Made by a program: the position numbers and the translations under genes | Part shown: in pieces, positions 34,093 through 42,753 of the stretch | Numbering within the stretch: the stretch's first letter is position 1 | Layout of the letters: each line of letters opens with the position of its first letter | The notes under the pieces: generated by a model | What the model saw: only the letters and a program-made list of their open reading frames with translations | The model's database searches: none | Told to the model about the DNA's origin: nothing | From: a virus | DNA length: 58,287 nucleotides | Direction: 5' to 3' (one strand) | Virus record (IMG/VR): IMGVR_UViG_3300045988_068176 | Coordinates: 1 to 58,287 of that record

Positions 34093-35760
34093 TCAGAATG
34101 GCCTTTTTATTGGTTCAATTTTACTGATTCCGTTATACAATTCATCGGCAAGCTGTGCCAGACTGTCCGGCGCATCATCGTGCGGAACTTTGCCAAGCTG
34201 TGTGAACATCGTCACCTGTTCCATGAACGCCTTGTACTCTTTCGACTGGTGCTTCTCATCAAGGAAATAGAACCGTTTGATGTCCGGCGCATACTGGATA
34301 ATTCTTGACAGCTTGCTTTGACCGCTTGGCGCACGCTGGCTACGGACGGAGCAGTGATAGCCTTGCTGCCGGAGCTGGCTGTCTACCACGTCACAGTATT
34401 CATCGCCGCCGTTGTTGGCTTCACCACGCACCACGTTGATTTTGTGCTGGATGATTTTTCCGACAACCTCTGGTCTGGTCACGGTCTTATCGCCATTATT
34501 AAACACAAGGTCGGGGATGAACACAGCATCACCGTACACATAAGCGACAGGGCAAGCCGTGAAGTCACCGCCACCCCATGCAATGTCCATAACCATGAGC
34601 TTACGATCAGGCTCACCATCAGGCAGAACGCCGTTGAAATACCGCAGTTCATCGGCAGGGAACAGCAGACCTTCACGCACATAGGGCTTGCCCATATACT
34701 TCGCCCACCATGTTGCGTCATCAATGCTGGCTTTCATATCGGCATAGTAGGCATCGTCAAATCCAACGCCATAGTCATAATTAAAGTTGCTGTGTCCGTT
34801 CTCGTCCACCGCAGGAATCACCCGGAATCTGTACTTTGGATTGTCTGCATACTGGTTCTGAATGCGCCCAAGAGGGTCAAGCACGTTCCAGCGTGTGCCG
34901 ACCATCAGCTCTAAAGCGCCTTGCTTTTTACGGTCTTTCAGCTGGTTCAAATAGGCATCGTACTTGTTGTTCAGACGCTCAACGTTCAGGCTTTCCTCCA
35001 AGTCCTCGATCAAGTCATCGCTGTACAGAACGCCGCCCTCGCCGATTTCAACAGCACCAGTCAGCGTACCGCCGATGGAGCGACAAGTCAGGGTGGGGAA
35101 GCGCTTCTTTCGGTTCAGGTCAACGCTTTCGTCCTTTGCGCTCTTGTCCACAAGCTGAACGTCAGGGAATATTTTACCCCAGTTGTAAGTTACAGGGTCT
35201 GTGATGATGGACAGCACTTCACCATAGAAGCCATTGGTCAGCTTGTCAGAGTGTCCGCTCATAACCGATGCAACGTCAGGGCGGTTGCCCATCAGCCATG
35301 TAATGAAGAAGATGCACAGCGTGGACTTGCCAACGCGAGCAGGTAAGCTAACGCCCAAGAAGTCAATGCGCTTATAAAACAAGTCCTCTAGGTCATTTGC
35401 CAGCACTTTCAGAACCCTGCGTCTCGGCTGATAGAACTTCTTCTCCGGCGCACGGTTCCATTCAAGGTAGATGCAATAGCTGTCGAACACATCTTTTGCT
35501 TCAAACAGGTACGTCCGGCTGATAATGTCATAGACCTTCGCCACGTCTTCGCCTGTTTTCATCTTACCCATCATGGCTGCACAGACAGAGCGTAGCTCAC
35601 CAGAGTATTTGTAGGCATCGAACCGCTTGTCTTGCGGCAGAGCATCTCTCAGGTTCACCACCGCCTGAAACCAGTCCTCATAGACCTGCGCTTCGGTCGG
35701 ATTCTGCTTTGCATACGCTTTGATGCTTTCGATGATGGCGATACACTGCTTTGGCTGCAT
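34093..35760 (-). CDS. terL: terminase large subunit
   Basis: Start MQPKQCIAI; Walker-like LPARVGKSTL; C-terminal nuclease-like half; adjacent to portal. Confidence 0.85.
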   Translation of the reverse strand: MQPKQCIAIIESIKAYAKQNPTEAQVYEDWFQAVVNLRDALPQDKRFDAYKYSGELRSVCAAMMGKMKTGEDVAKVYDIISRTYLFEAKDVFDSYCIYLEWNRAPEKKFYQPRRRVLKVLANDLEDLFYKRIDFLGVSLPARVGKSTLCIFFITWLMGNRPDVASVMSGHSDKLTNGFYGEVLSIITDPVTYNWGKIFPDVQLVDKSAKDESVDLNRKKRFPTLTCRSIGGTLTGAVEIGEGGVLYSDDLIEDLEESLNVERLNNKYDAYLNQLKDRKKQGALELMVGTRWNVLDPLGRIQNQYADNPKYRFRVIPAVDENGHSNFNYDYGVGFDDAYYADMKASIDDATWWAKYMGKPYVREGLLFPADELRYFNGVLPDGEPDRKLMVMDIAWGGGDFTACPVAYVYGDAVFIPDLVFNNGDKTVTRPEVVGKIIQHKINVVRGEANNGGDEYCDVVDSQLRQQGYHCSVRSQRAPSGQSKLSRIIQYAPDIKRFYFLDEKHQSKEYKAFMEQVTMFTQLGKVPHDDAPDSLAQLADELYNGISKIEPIKRPF

Positions 35761-35831
35761 AAAAAAATAGGCACCCCCTACCTGAAAATGTAAAGAGTGC
35801 CTACAACTGCACAAAAATCAAATATTCGGTT

Positions 35832-37064
35832 TTATTCTCCGGCTTTGAAATTGTAAATCGGCTTAATATGCTTTACAATATCAACGGTTGGAGAGATTGC
35901 GTTGATAATTTCCTGCGCTGACTTATATGCCATCGGGCATTCATCCAACGTGGATTCATCGGCTGACGTAGTATAAATTCCATTCATTTGCTTTTGGTAT
36001 TCCTCAACGCTGAATGCTTTTTTAGCCGCTGTTCTGCTATATAGTCTGCCAGCACCATGTGGTGCAGAAAAATTCCAATCAGGATTGCCCTTACCAACGC
36101 AAATAAGGCTTCCGTCTCTCATATTAAGAGGAATAATCAGCTTCTCACCCTCTCTAGCGGATACAGAGCCTTTTCGGATAATATCATCCGATTCATCAAT
36201 GTAGTTATGAATGGTTTCAAAGAAGGACGCATGGGTCAGCATAGAATTGATTCCAACGCCGTATAAAATGGTATGCATAATTCTTGCTCTGTTCATCCTC
36301 GCAAAAGCCTGACAAATTCGCATATCATTAAGGTAGGAATCACGTTCTTCGCCTTCAAGATAGCAAAGTTCATTCGGAATATCAGGGAACTGAACATCCA
36401 ATTCTTTGATTTTTTGCGAGATTTCTTGTTCACGACCCTGCGCTTTCAGTTCCGCAATTAGATGTTCCGTAGCGTCTTTTCTTTTATTCTTTCCTTTAAG
36501 ATTTGAAATGGCTACGCTTTGATGATATTCTGCGACTTGCTTCCCAAGATTTCTGCTTCCAGTATGGATAACAAGGTACTGGTTTTTTTCTTCATCTTCG
36601 TCCAGCTCGATAAAATGATTGCCACCGCCCAAAGTACCCATGCTACGAAGAATCCAGTCAACATTATGTAGGCTATCTTTGCAATCAAGCTGGCCAAGGA
36701 AAGAATCCGACATTTTCTGCGATTCGTGAACATTCATTCCAGCCGGAACTCGTTCTCTGATTACTTTATCTAACTTTTTCGGGTCGATGTGTTCAATTCC
36801 AAGTTCAGCGACAAGCATTCCGCAGCCAATGTCCACGCCTACAATATTCGGAATGACTTTCTTGCCCAAGTTTGCCGTAAACCCAATTACACACCCGGAA
36901 CCAGCATGAACATCTGGCATAATTCGAATTTTGCATCCGTCAACAAAGCTCTGATTACAAAGCGTTAAAATCTGCTCAGATGCCTTATCTTCAATATTGT
37001 CCGTAAACACCTTTGCAGACGCATATTTTCCTTCAATCGTTTTCAACTTGTTCTCCTTTCTCAT
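35832..37064 (-). CDS. rtcB: RtcB-family RNA ligase
   Basis: IMPDVHAGSGCVIG, GVDIGCGM, GGGNHFIE, HTGSRNLG, PHGAGR motifs; true start may be the TTG 7 codons in. Confidence 0.9.
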   Translation of the reverse strand: MRKENKLKTIEGKYASAKVFTDNIEDKASEQILTLCNQSFVDGCKIRIMPDVHAGSGCVIGFTANLGKKVIPNIVGVDIGCGMLVAELGIEHIDPKKLDKVIRERVPAGMNVHESQKMSDSFLGQLDCKDSLHNVDWILRSMGTLGGGNHFIELDEDEEKNQYLVIHTGSRNLGKQVAEYHQSVAISNLKGKNKRKDATEHLIAELKAQGREQEISQKIKELDVQFPDIPNELCYLEGEERDSYLNDMRICQAFARMNRARIMHTILYGVGINSMLTHASFFETIHNYIDESDDIIRKGSVSAREGEKLIIPLNMRDGSLICVGKGNPDWNFSAPHGAGRLYSRTAAKKAFSVEEYQKQMNGIYTTSADESTLDECPMAYKSAQEIINAISPTVDIVKHIKPIYNFKAGE

Positions 37065-37092
37065 TCAGTTTTATTCTAGGTTGCGAATAATG

Positions 37093-37668
37093 TCACCTGT
37101 TCTGTTCAGCAATCCGATACCATGTCTGGCGGGTTACGCCAAGCTGTTTGGCAGCGTCCGTGACCGTGAGAATGCGCTTCTCCACCTGCTCATGGAGAAC
37201 GTCAAAGAGGTTGCGGTCATACTCAGTGGGTTTGCGGCCTTCCTTGTAATCAGGGCGCTGGCTGGCAATTTTCTTGCCCTCTCTGGTGCGTTCAACAATC
37301 ATGTCGCGCTCAAACTCTGCAAAGGCAAGCATCACCGTGCGAATAACCTTGCCGGTTGGGGAATTGTTCATAACCCCCATGTTCAGGATGTTCACCGAAA
37401 CGCCCTTATCAATGAACTGGTCTATCAGTTCAAGGCCATTCTTAGCGGAACGGGCAATACGGTCAAGTTTCGCCACGATCAGCGTATCTCCCGGCTGGAT
37501 TTCATCCATTAGCTTATCCAATTCAGGCCGATGCAGCTTCGTGCCGGTGTAAACATCTGAAAAGATTTTCTGTGCGCCGTTAGCTTTCAGAAGTTCCGAC
37601 TGGGCTTCAAGACTATTGCCATCAATCGCCTGTCCAGCGGAACTGACACGAGCGTAACCGTAGATCAT
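37093..37668 (-). CDS. small serine recombinase (resolvase/invertase family)
   Basis: 191 aa; [13 protein letters not shown] catalytic Ser, [15 protein letters not shown]-terminal [22 protein letters not shown]. Confidence 0.9.
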   Translation of the reverse strand: MIYGYARVSSAGQAIDGNSLEAQSELLKANGAQKIFSDVYTGTKLHRPELDKLMDEIQPGDTLIVAKLDRIARSAKNGLELIDQFIDKGVSVNILNMGVMNNSPTGKVIRTVMLAFAEFERDMIVERTREGKKIASQRPDYKEGRKPTEYDRNLFDVLHEQVEKRILTVTDAAKQLGVTRQTWYRIAEQNR

Positions 37669-37958
37669 TCAGATTCACCGTCTCTTTCAAGAACCTTAAG
37701 AACAAATTCATCCGATGCAACATCAGCACCAATAGGCTGAATCACGATTTGGTATTTCATTTCTTCCAAGAGCATTGCCATTGTGGACAGCTTCAAATCA
37801 TCCGCATTAACACGGTTTGTTACATAAGAAGAAACTTCATATTTCATTTGCCTCGCAAGAGATGCAGAAGTATATCCTCTGATTTTCATGACGGAGCGAA
37901 GAATGTCCCCTGAATTGACTTTATTTTTGGTTGCGCCACCCTTTTTCTTTTCTGCCAT
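37665..37958 (-). CDS. XRE-like HTH protein co-transcribed with the recombinase
   Basis: 97 aa; [22 protein letters not shown]; ATGA overlap with the recombinase start. Confidence 0.6.
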   Translation of the reverse strand: MAEKKKGGATKNKVNSGDILRSVMKIRGYTSASLARQMKYEVSSYVTNRVNADDLKLSTMAMLLEEMKYQIVIQPIGADVASDEFVLKVLERDGESE

Positions 37959-37984
37959 TTTCTTTGAGCCTCTCTTTCAGCCCA

Positions 37985-38013
37985 ATGATAACACATTCTT
38001 ATGTTTATGTCAA
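37985..38013 (-). promoter_or_regulatory. promoter TTGACA, 17 nt spacer, TATCAT with an operator in the spacer
   Basis: Minus strand TTGACATAAACATAAGAATGTGTTATCAT; 24/29 identical to the unit at 41176-41204. Confidence 0.65.
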
Positions 38014-38190
38014 CATCTTCTTGTGTTTTTTGCGAATTTTTACTATCAACATGGTGGTAAAACGGCTGTAAACTTTTTCGTTGCTTTACAAACTGTATAC
38101 TTGAATAGTAGCCTTACGAATTATCGAAAAATATACTTTCGAGCTCTACCATTGAAGTAAACTAATCCGTTTACAAAATCATTATCAAAT

Positions 38191-38206
38191 AACGTAAATT
38201 TACGTT
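38191..38206. promoter_or_regulatory. perfect 16-bp palindrome AACGTAAATTTACGTT
   Basis: Between divergent promoters upstream of the recombinase operon; candidate operator or recombination core. Confidence 0.4.
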
Positions 38207-38257
38207 AGAATGAGTAAAAATCAGAAATATCTGATGCAAATTATACAAATTGGGCTG

Positions 38258-38286
38258 TTGACAACTATATACCAAGCGTCTATAAT
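38258..38286 (+). promoter_or_regulatory. consensus sigma70 promoter TTGACA, 17 nt spacer, TATAAT
   Basis: -35 at 38258-38263, -10 at 38281-38286; both hexamers perfect. Confidence 0.75.
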
Positions 38287-38498
38287 CTAAGACAGCAGAA
38301 CACACGATAAATTAGCCAACAACGGTAGATTTATCCTTTGTGGCATAAAAAATAGGCCATCAGCACCACCGACCAAAGTTGCACTGATGACCTATTCCAC
38401 CACAAAACAGAAGCTGCGCAACCAAGGGCGCAGTCTCGGTTTCTGTCAATTATTATAGCAGAAGCAGACCGCTTCTGCAATAGAAAGGAGCAAAAAAC

Positions 38499-38654
38499 AT
38501 GAACTTTCCCACGACAACCGAAGAATTTCTGAAAACACTCGCCCACGGCAAAGAGCCGACCAGTGAGGACAGGGAGTACGCAGAAGCACTGGGTAAGCTG
38601 TCCGAACTGAACTACCGGGCAGGGTACGAAGCGGGAGCGGCCGCGAAGAAATGA
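38499..38654 (+). CDS. 51-aa hypothetical protein
   Basis: AAAGGAG RBS; MNFPTTTEEFLKTLAHGKEPTSEDREYAEALGKLSELNYRAGYEAGAAAKK. Confidence 0.45.
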   Translation: MNFPTTTEEFLKTLAHGKEPTSEDREYAEALGKLSELNYRAGYEAGAAAKK

Positions 38655-38771
38655 TTTTGACGCGGACTCATGTGTATTATAAATTACCACATGAAATCGT
38701 TCAAAACTATTTACTTCACAAAAATCGGCGGTATAATACCATTACCAACAGATGAAAGGTGGTGAAAAAAC

Positions 38772-38948
38772 ATGAACAGTCCCTATACCGAGCGGTACAA
38801 TCGCACTTTTACAATCAGCATGACGGAACGCCAGTATAAGCACTTGCAGAACTACTGCATCAAAAATCGGGTTTCTCTGGCAGAAGCCATGCGTAAAGGT
38901 TTCTTTACCTTGCATCCCATCCCGGAGACCGATGAAAACGAAAAATGA
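38772..38948 (+). CDS. 58-aa ribbon-helix-helix protein
   Basis: RTFTISMTERQYKHLQNYCIKNRVSLAEAMRKGF; AAAGGTGGTG RBS. Confidence 0.55.
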   Translation: MNSPYTERYNRTFTISMTERQYKHLQNYCIKNRVSLAEAMRKGFFTLHPIPETDENEK

Positions 38949-39065
38949 TACGCTCGCTAAAGTTTGCCGACCGCAGCGAACGTATCATAAACAACACTGG
39001 AACAAGCTGTTCCAGCCTTATTATAGCAGGAATTGGCTTGTTCCGCAAGAACCATAGGAGTTTTT

Positions 39066-39833
39066 ATGGAACAAAAGGTTAAATATGCTATCAATCTTAT
39101 CAGCGAAAACGGGCAAGTTGTCGTTTCCAGCCGTGAAGTAGCAGAACACTTCGGCAAGGAACACAAGAACGTTATCCAGTCCATTGAAAATTTGGCGGCT
39201 GAAAATTCAGCCACCAAATCCATGTTCTACGAAACAACGTTTGAAAATCGTGGTAAACAGTATCCGATGTACCTCATGAACCGGGATGGGTTCAGTTTGC
39301 TCACGTTTGGCTTTACCGGCAAGGAAGCCCTCGAATGGAAGCTCAAGTACATTGACGCTTTCAATCAGATGGAGCAGAAGCTTACCAACCCGGAGCCTGA
39401 ATCAACAGAGATGCTGTTGAGCCGCGCTCTGATCGCCGCTAACAGTGTTATCGACACGGAGCGCAAGAAGGTAAAGGCTCTGGAAGCGGAAAACGCCAAG
39501 ATGAAGCCTGATTCCGATTACGCAAAAGCGATGCTACTTTCCGATGAAAGCCTGACTACCACGCAGATTGCCATGAACTACGGCATGAGCGCACGAAAGC
39601 TGAACAAGATTCTTAGAGAGCTTGGCATCCAGCATACAGTGAACAAGCAGTGGATTCCTTACCAGAAGTATCTTGGCAACGGATACGTTGTCGGGCATCC
39701 GATCGAGCTGCCGAACGGCAAGACGAAAGAGGTCACCCGCTGGACAAGAGCCGGTCAGAAGTTCATTTACAGCAAGCTCAAAGAAGCGGGCTATCTGCCT
39801 GTTGGCGAGCAAATCAGAATGGAGACGTGCTGA
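39066..39833 (+). CDS. second Rha-family/KilAC antirepressor
   Basis: VVVSSREVAEHFGKEHKNVIQSIENL...YLMNRDGFSLLTFGFTGKEALEWKLKYI; C-term TTTQIAMNYGMSARKLNKILRELG. Confidence 0.85.
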   Translation: MEQKVKYAINLISENGQVVVSSREVAEHFGKEHKNVIQSIENLAAENSATKSMFYETTFENRGKQYPMYLMNRDGFSLLTFGFTGKEALEWKLKYIDAFNQMEQKLTNPEPESTEMLLSRALIAANSVIDTERKKVKALEAENAKMKPDSDYAKAMLLSDESLTTTQIAMNYGMSARKLNKILRELGIQHTVNKQWIPYQKYLGNGYVVGHPIELPNGKTKEVTRWTRAGQKFIYSKLKEAGYLPVGEQIRMETC

Positions 39834-40108
39834 TGGACTACTCGGAAGAAATGTTTCGGCTACAAGCTGAGAATGAAGAGCACAAAGCCGTTTTAGAAAA
39901 AAGCCATGAAATCCTTAATCAGGCATTAGAAATCATCATGCCAGAGGATAAGCGGTCAAGAGAAGTTGTAAGTGTAGCGCTAGCAACGTCCATACAACAT
40001 TTTTGCGAGGACAGCTATTCAATGGGATACAATGATTGCTTGCTCGACATTCTCAGGGAAAAGGAAGAAGTCAGCGCTCCTATCATGTTTCCAACACTTA
40101 AATCGTAA
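39833..40108 (+). CDS. hypothetical protein
   Basis: 91 aa; ATG overlaps the upstream TGA. Confidence 0.5.
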   Translation: MDYSEEMFRLQAENEEHKAVLEKSHEILNQALEIIMPEDKRSREVVSVALATSIQHFCEDSYSMGYNDCLLDILREKEEVSAPIMFPTLKS

Positions 40109-40123
40109 ATAGCCCATAAGAAA

Positions 40124-40160
40124 AGCCAGTGGTTAGAGAACATCTAGCCGCTGGCTTTTT
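40124..40160. terminator. bidirectional terminator
   Basis: AGCCAGTGG...CCGCTGGCT stem flanked by AAAA and TTTTT. Confidence 0.65.
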
Positions 40161-40171
40161 GTGTTATGCGT

Positions 40172-40792
40172 TTATTCCTCTACAAGGTCTGCGTACTTGA
40201 CTTCAATACGGGGCAGTTCATCGGTAGTGCTGGTCAATGCTCTGGTGATTTTCTCAAGCCCGGTGAACTCACCGTAGACGTTGATAATGTCATCTTCCAG
40301 AATCTTCACAGCATCGCCACCACGCTTATCCAGCATATAATACTCGTCATCGGCATAGAAGCCGTATCCGCTGTTGTCCGTGTAGGTTCTCCATGCTTTT
40401 TCGCTGCCGGAGAAGTTTGCGTCAATAATCTGCGAGACCTTTACCTTGACAACAATCTTGGTGCCCTCATACTTTTCAGGATAACGGCACAGCTCCTTAT
40501 AGTCCACAGTCTGGCACTCAGCCTTGTAATCATCCTCGCTGATTTCAGGCACAGACGCAACGGAAGAAGCGGTGGATGCACTTGCCTTAGTGGTGCTACT
40601 GCTTGCAGAGCCGTCAGAACTGCTGCTAGAGCCACCAATAGCAGACAAAACAATCAAAACAATGATGGCGATAAACCACCAGCGCTTGTAGATGGGCGGC
40701 TTGTTCTTACCGCCACACTGAGGGCAGACCTTTGCACTTGCGGCAATCTCTGCGCCACAGTGCTTGCACGTTGTCATTTTACTTTTAGCCAT
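40172..40792 (-). CDS. zinc-ribbon, single-TM, extracytoplasmic-domain protein (moron; possible exclusion function)
   Basis: Start MAKSKMTTCKHCGAEI...CPQCGG behind GGGAGG; TM WWFIAIIVLIVLSAIGG; Ser-rich linker. Confidence 0.65.
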   Translation of the reverse strand: MAKSKMTTCKHCGAEIAASAKVCPQCGGKNKPPIYKRWWFIAIIVLIVLSAIGGSSSSSDGSASSSTTKASASTASSVASVPEISEDDYKAECQTVDYKELCRYPEKYEGTKIVVKVKVSQIIDANFSGSEKAWRTYTDNSGYGFYADDEYYMLDKRGGDAVKILEDDIINVYGEFTGLEKITRALTSTTDELPRIEVKYADLVEE

Positions 40793-41152
40793 TGTAGATT
40801 CCTCCCTTTCAAGGCTTGTAAGGCAAGTATAGCACAGAACACAGACCCTTTGTAGGGGTCTTTTTGTTTTTGCGGGAAATTTTTGAGATTGGCGATAGGG
40901 GTGGGGTGTTTTTTGAGCCTTTTTTATTTTTTCGGTGGTGACGGGATTCACCTGCCCCACCCCCGGCGTTCCCTGTATACCCTGCCGGTGCATCCCCGCC
41001 CACTCCAGCGCACCCGGACAGACTGTACAGCACAGGCAGCAGGGCAGGCCATGCCAGATGCAAGGCAGACCTTACTGGCGGCGATGCTGGAGGGCGGGCA
41101 ACGTGTCCGAAACTGTGCAGATTTGGACACACTCAAACATGAACGATTTTCA

Positions 41153-41225
41153 ACACAAGAATGTGTGCAAAACCATTGACACCAACACAAGAATGTGTTA
41201 CTATATAGACAACACAAGAATGTGT
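41153..41225 (+). promoter_or_regulatory. promoter TTGACA, 17 nt spacer, TACTAT with three ACACAAGAATGTGT operators
   Basis: Operators at 41153-41166, 41185-41198 (inside the spacer) and 41212-41225; -35 at 41176-41181, -10 at 41199-41204. Confidence 0.7.
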
Positions 41226-41255
41226 TACACCACCACAAAACAGGAGGACAAAACC

Positions 41256-41684
41256 ATGAAAAAGACCATTGATTACACCGCACTTGCTGATACTATCCGC
41301 GCAGAACTCAACGCCCGCCACGATCGCAGCGCATGGGATAAAGCTGTTACGTTGTACGCTCTCGACCTGCTGGACGATGTGCAGGAGGGTGCAAACAATA
41401 TGGAGCGCCTGCCCATTGACGGTGCAGAGCTTGAACAATGGGCGCTCAACGGTGCAAGCTGCTGGGAGCAGTACAGCAACGGCGGTGGCTCCATCTACTA
41501 TAACGCTGATATTGCCGCCCGTGTCTGCACCCCGTCCGAACTCAAGCGCAAGCGCGGCGGAACGTACGAACCTAACAGCCGGGAAACGTGGCTTGACGTG
41601 CAAGCCCGCGCACTGTATCAGGCTTGCAACCGTATCCGCATTATCTGCCGCACCAACGGCTTATATTGCAAGGGGGTGCAGTAA
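41256..41684 (+). CDS. hypothetical protein
   Basis: 142 aa; CAGGAGGA RBS; start inside the 249-aa track ORF. Confidence 0.6.
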   Translation: MKKTIDYTALADTIRAELNARHDRSAWDKAVTLYALDLLDDVQEGANNMERLPIDGAELEQWALNGASCWEQYSNGGGSIYYNADIAARVCTPSELKRKRGGTYEPNSRETWLDVQARALYQACNRIRIICRTNGLYCKGVQ

Positions 41685-41685
41685 T

Positions 41686-41781
41686 ATGATTGCATTTGAT
41701 GCAACCCAATGGGCAGCCCTCTGGTATGTGGGCGGCATGATTTCCGGCGCGCTTGTTATGATTGCATTTCTTAACAGCTAA
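41686..41781 (+). CDS. possible 31-aa membrane peptide
   Basis: MIAFDATQWAALWYVGGMISGALVMIAFLNS behind GGGGGTG. Confidence 0.3.
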   Translation: MIAFDATQWAALWYVGGMISGALVMIAFLNS

Positions 41782-41798
41782 TAAGGGGGAGCAAAACG

Positions 41799-42137
41799 AT
41801 GAAATATCATAAAATTAGAGGGGTGGACAAATCCACCTGCACAGCAGAGCAAAAAATCGCCTACAATATGGCGTGGTACATCTGGAACGACTGCCGCTAT
41901 AACTGGGCTGACTGCCGTACCCGTATCGACTGGAGCGAACAGGAGAACGCCGCTATCCGGGACTATACGGACAACTGGCAGTGCAACTATGCAGAAAAAA
42001 ACAAAAGGTACGATATTGATAGTATCTTTTGTGCCTTGCGTGCAGGGTTGCACGACTACTTGACCGGCTCCGCACACGTCCTAATGAGTTATCAGGATAT
42101 TGGGGCAGCATTCCCGGCAAATTATATGGAGGGTTAA
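41799..42137 (+). CDS. hypothetical protein
   Basis: 112-aa ORF; GGGGGAG RBS. Confidence 0.55.
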   Translation: MKYHKIRGVDKSTCTAEQKIAYNMAWYIWNDCRYNWADCRTRIDWSEQENAAIRDYTDNWQCNYAEKNKRYDIDSIFCALRAGLHDYLTGSAHVLMSYQDIGAAFPANYMEG

Positions 42138-42140
42138 AAA

Positions 42141-42404
42141 ATGACTGAGTTTGAAAAGAAAGTGAATGAGTACAGGGAAAACAAGCGCCTTTTGGAAGAG
42201 CTTGAAGCCCTAAACGATGCAATCAAAACAGATATAATTGCAATGATGCACGGCGCACCTGAAATGGTGCAGGGCACTGCAAAGGCTATTTACAAGGATG
42301 TTTCTTCCGTCCGGCTTGATAGCAAGCTTTTGCAGGCCGCACACCCGGATATTTATGCCGAGTGCAGCAAAAAGACCGTTTACAAGCGGTTCAGCGTGGT
42401 TTGA
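42141..42404 (+). CDS. hypothetical protein
   Basis: 87-aa ORF in the same operon. Confidence 0.55.
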   Translation: MTEFEKKVNEYRENKRLLEELEALNDAIKTDIIAMMHGAPEMVQGTAKAIYKDVSSVRLDSKLLQAAHPDIYAECSKKTVYKRFSVV

Positions 42405-42419
42405 TAGGAGGTATTTAAT

Positions 42420-42536
42420 ATGTGTTTGGTTGTTATTAATGGCCGCGTTGCTGCTGAGTGTAGCGCAACCACAAAAGGCGCTTTTTGTCACTTTGGCGTT
42501 TGGTATACTTACGACTGGGAGGCAATCACAAAATGA
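42420..42536 (+). CDS. possible 38-aa ORF
   Basis: AGGAGG then 9 nt then ATG; MCLVVINGRVAAECSATTKGAFCHFGVWYTYDWEAITK. Confidence 0.3.
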   Translation: MCLVVINGRVAAECSATTKGAFCHFGVWYTYDWEAITK

Positions 42537-42598
42537 TATTATCTTGTATCCTGTTCGCTTTTTGGTTTTTCAGCGCACTTTTTAAGGCCAGCAAATGA
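42533..42598 (+). CDS. possible 21-aa hydrophobic peptide
   Basis: ATGA overlap with the previous ORF; MILSCILFAFWFFSALFKASK behind GGGAGG. Confidence 0.25.
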   Translation: MILSCILFAFWFFSALFKASK

Positions 42599-42673
42599 AC
42601 CGATCGGATACTTTAGCAGGGCTGCACCGATAAAAGCAACCCCGCCCCATTGCCCAAAAGGGCAAAAATATTT

Positions 42674-42702
42674 TTGCAAGTCCTGTTTTTGGGGCCTACA
42701 AT
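42674..42702 (+). promoter_or_regulatory. promoter TTGCAA, 17 nt spacer, TACAAT
   Basis: -35 at 42674-42679, -10 at 42697-42702. Confidence 0.55.
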
Positions 42703-42753
42703 ATGATATACTATAAAAAAGGGCAGTAAAAGCCCAGAAAGAAAGGCATCACC

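Noticed and set aside
37093-37668. The serine recombinase as the phage integrase
   Set aside because: At 191 aa with a simple C-terminal HTH it belongs to the resolvase/invertase size class. It is not a large serine integrase, and no attP-like site was identified.
38331-38690. The 119-aa minus-strand ORF
   Set aside because: It lies antisense to the leader and small ORF driven by the consensus promoter. It has no RBS and an implausible composition.
37985-41204. Inverted 29-bp units as hix/gix-like sites of an invertible segment served by the adjacent serine recombinase
   Set aside because: The shared sequence is exactly a -35/operator/-10 promoter unit with 5 mismatches. It does not resemble AAACC..GGTTT invertase cores. 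Shared regulation is the simpler reading. I kept the shared-regulation reading as a finding.
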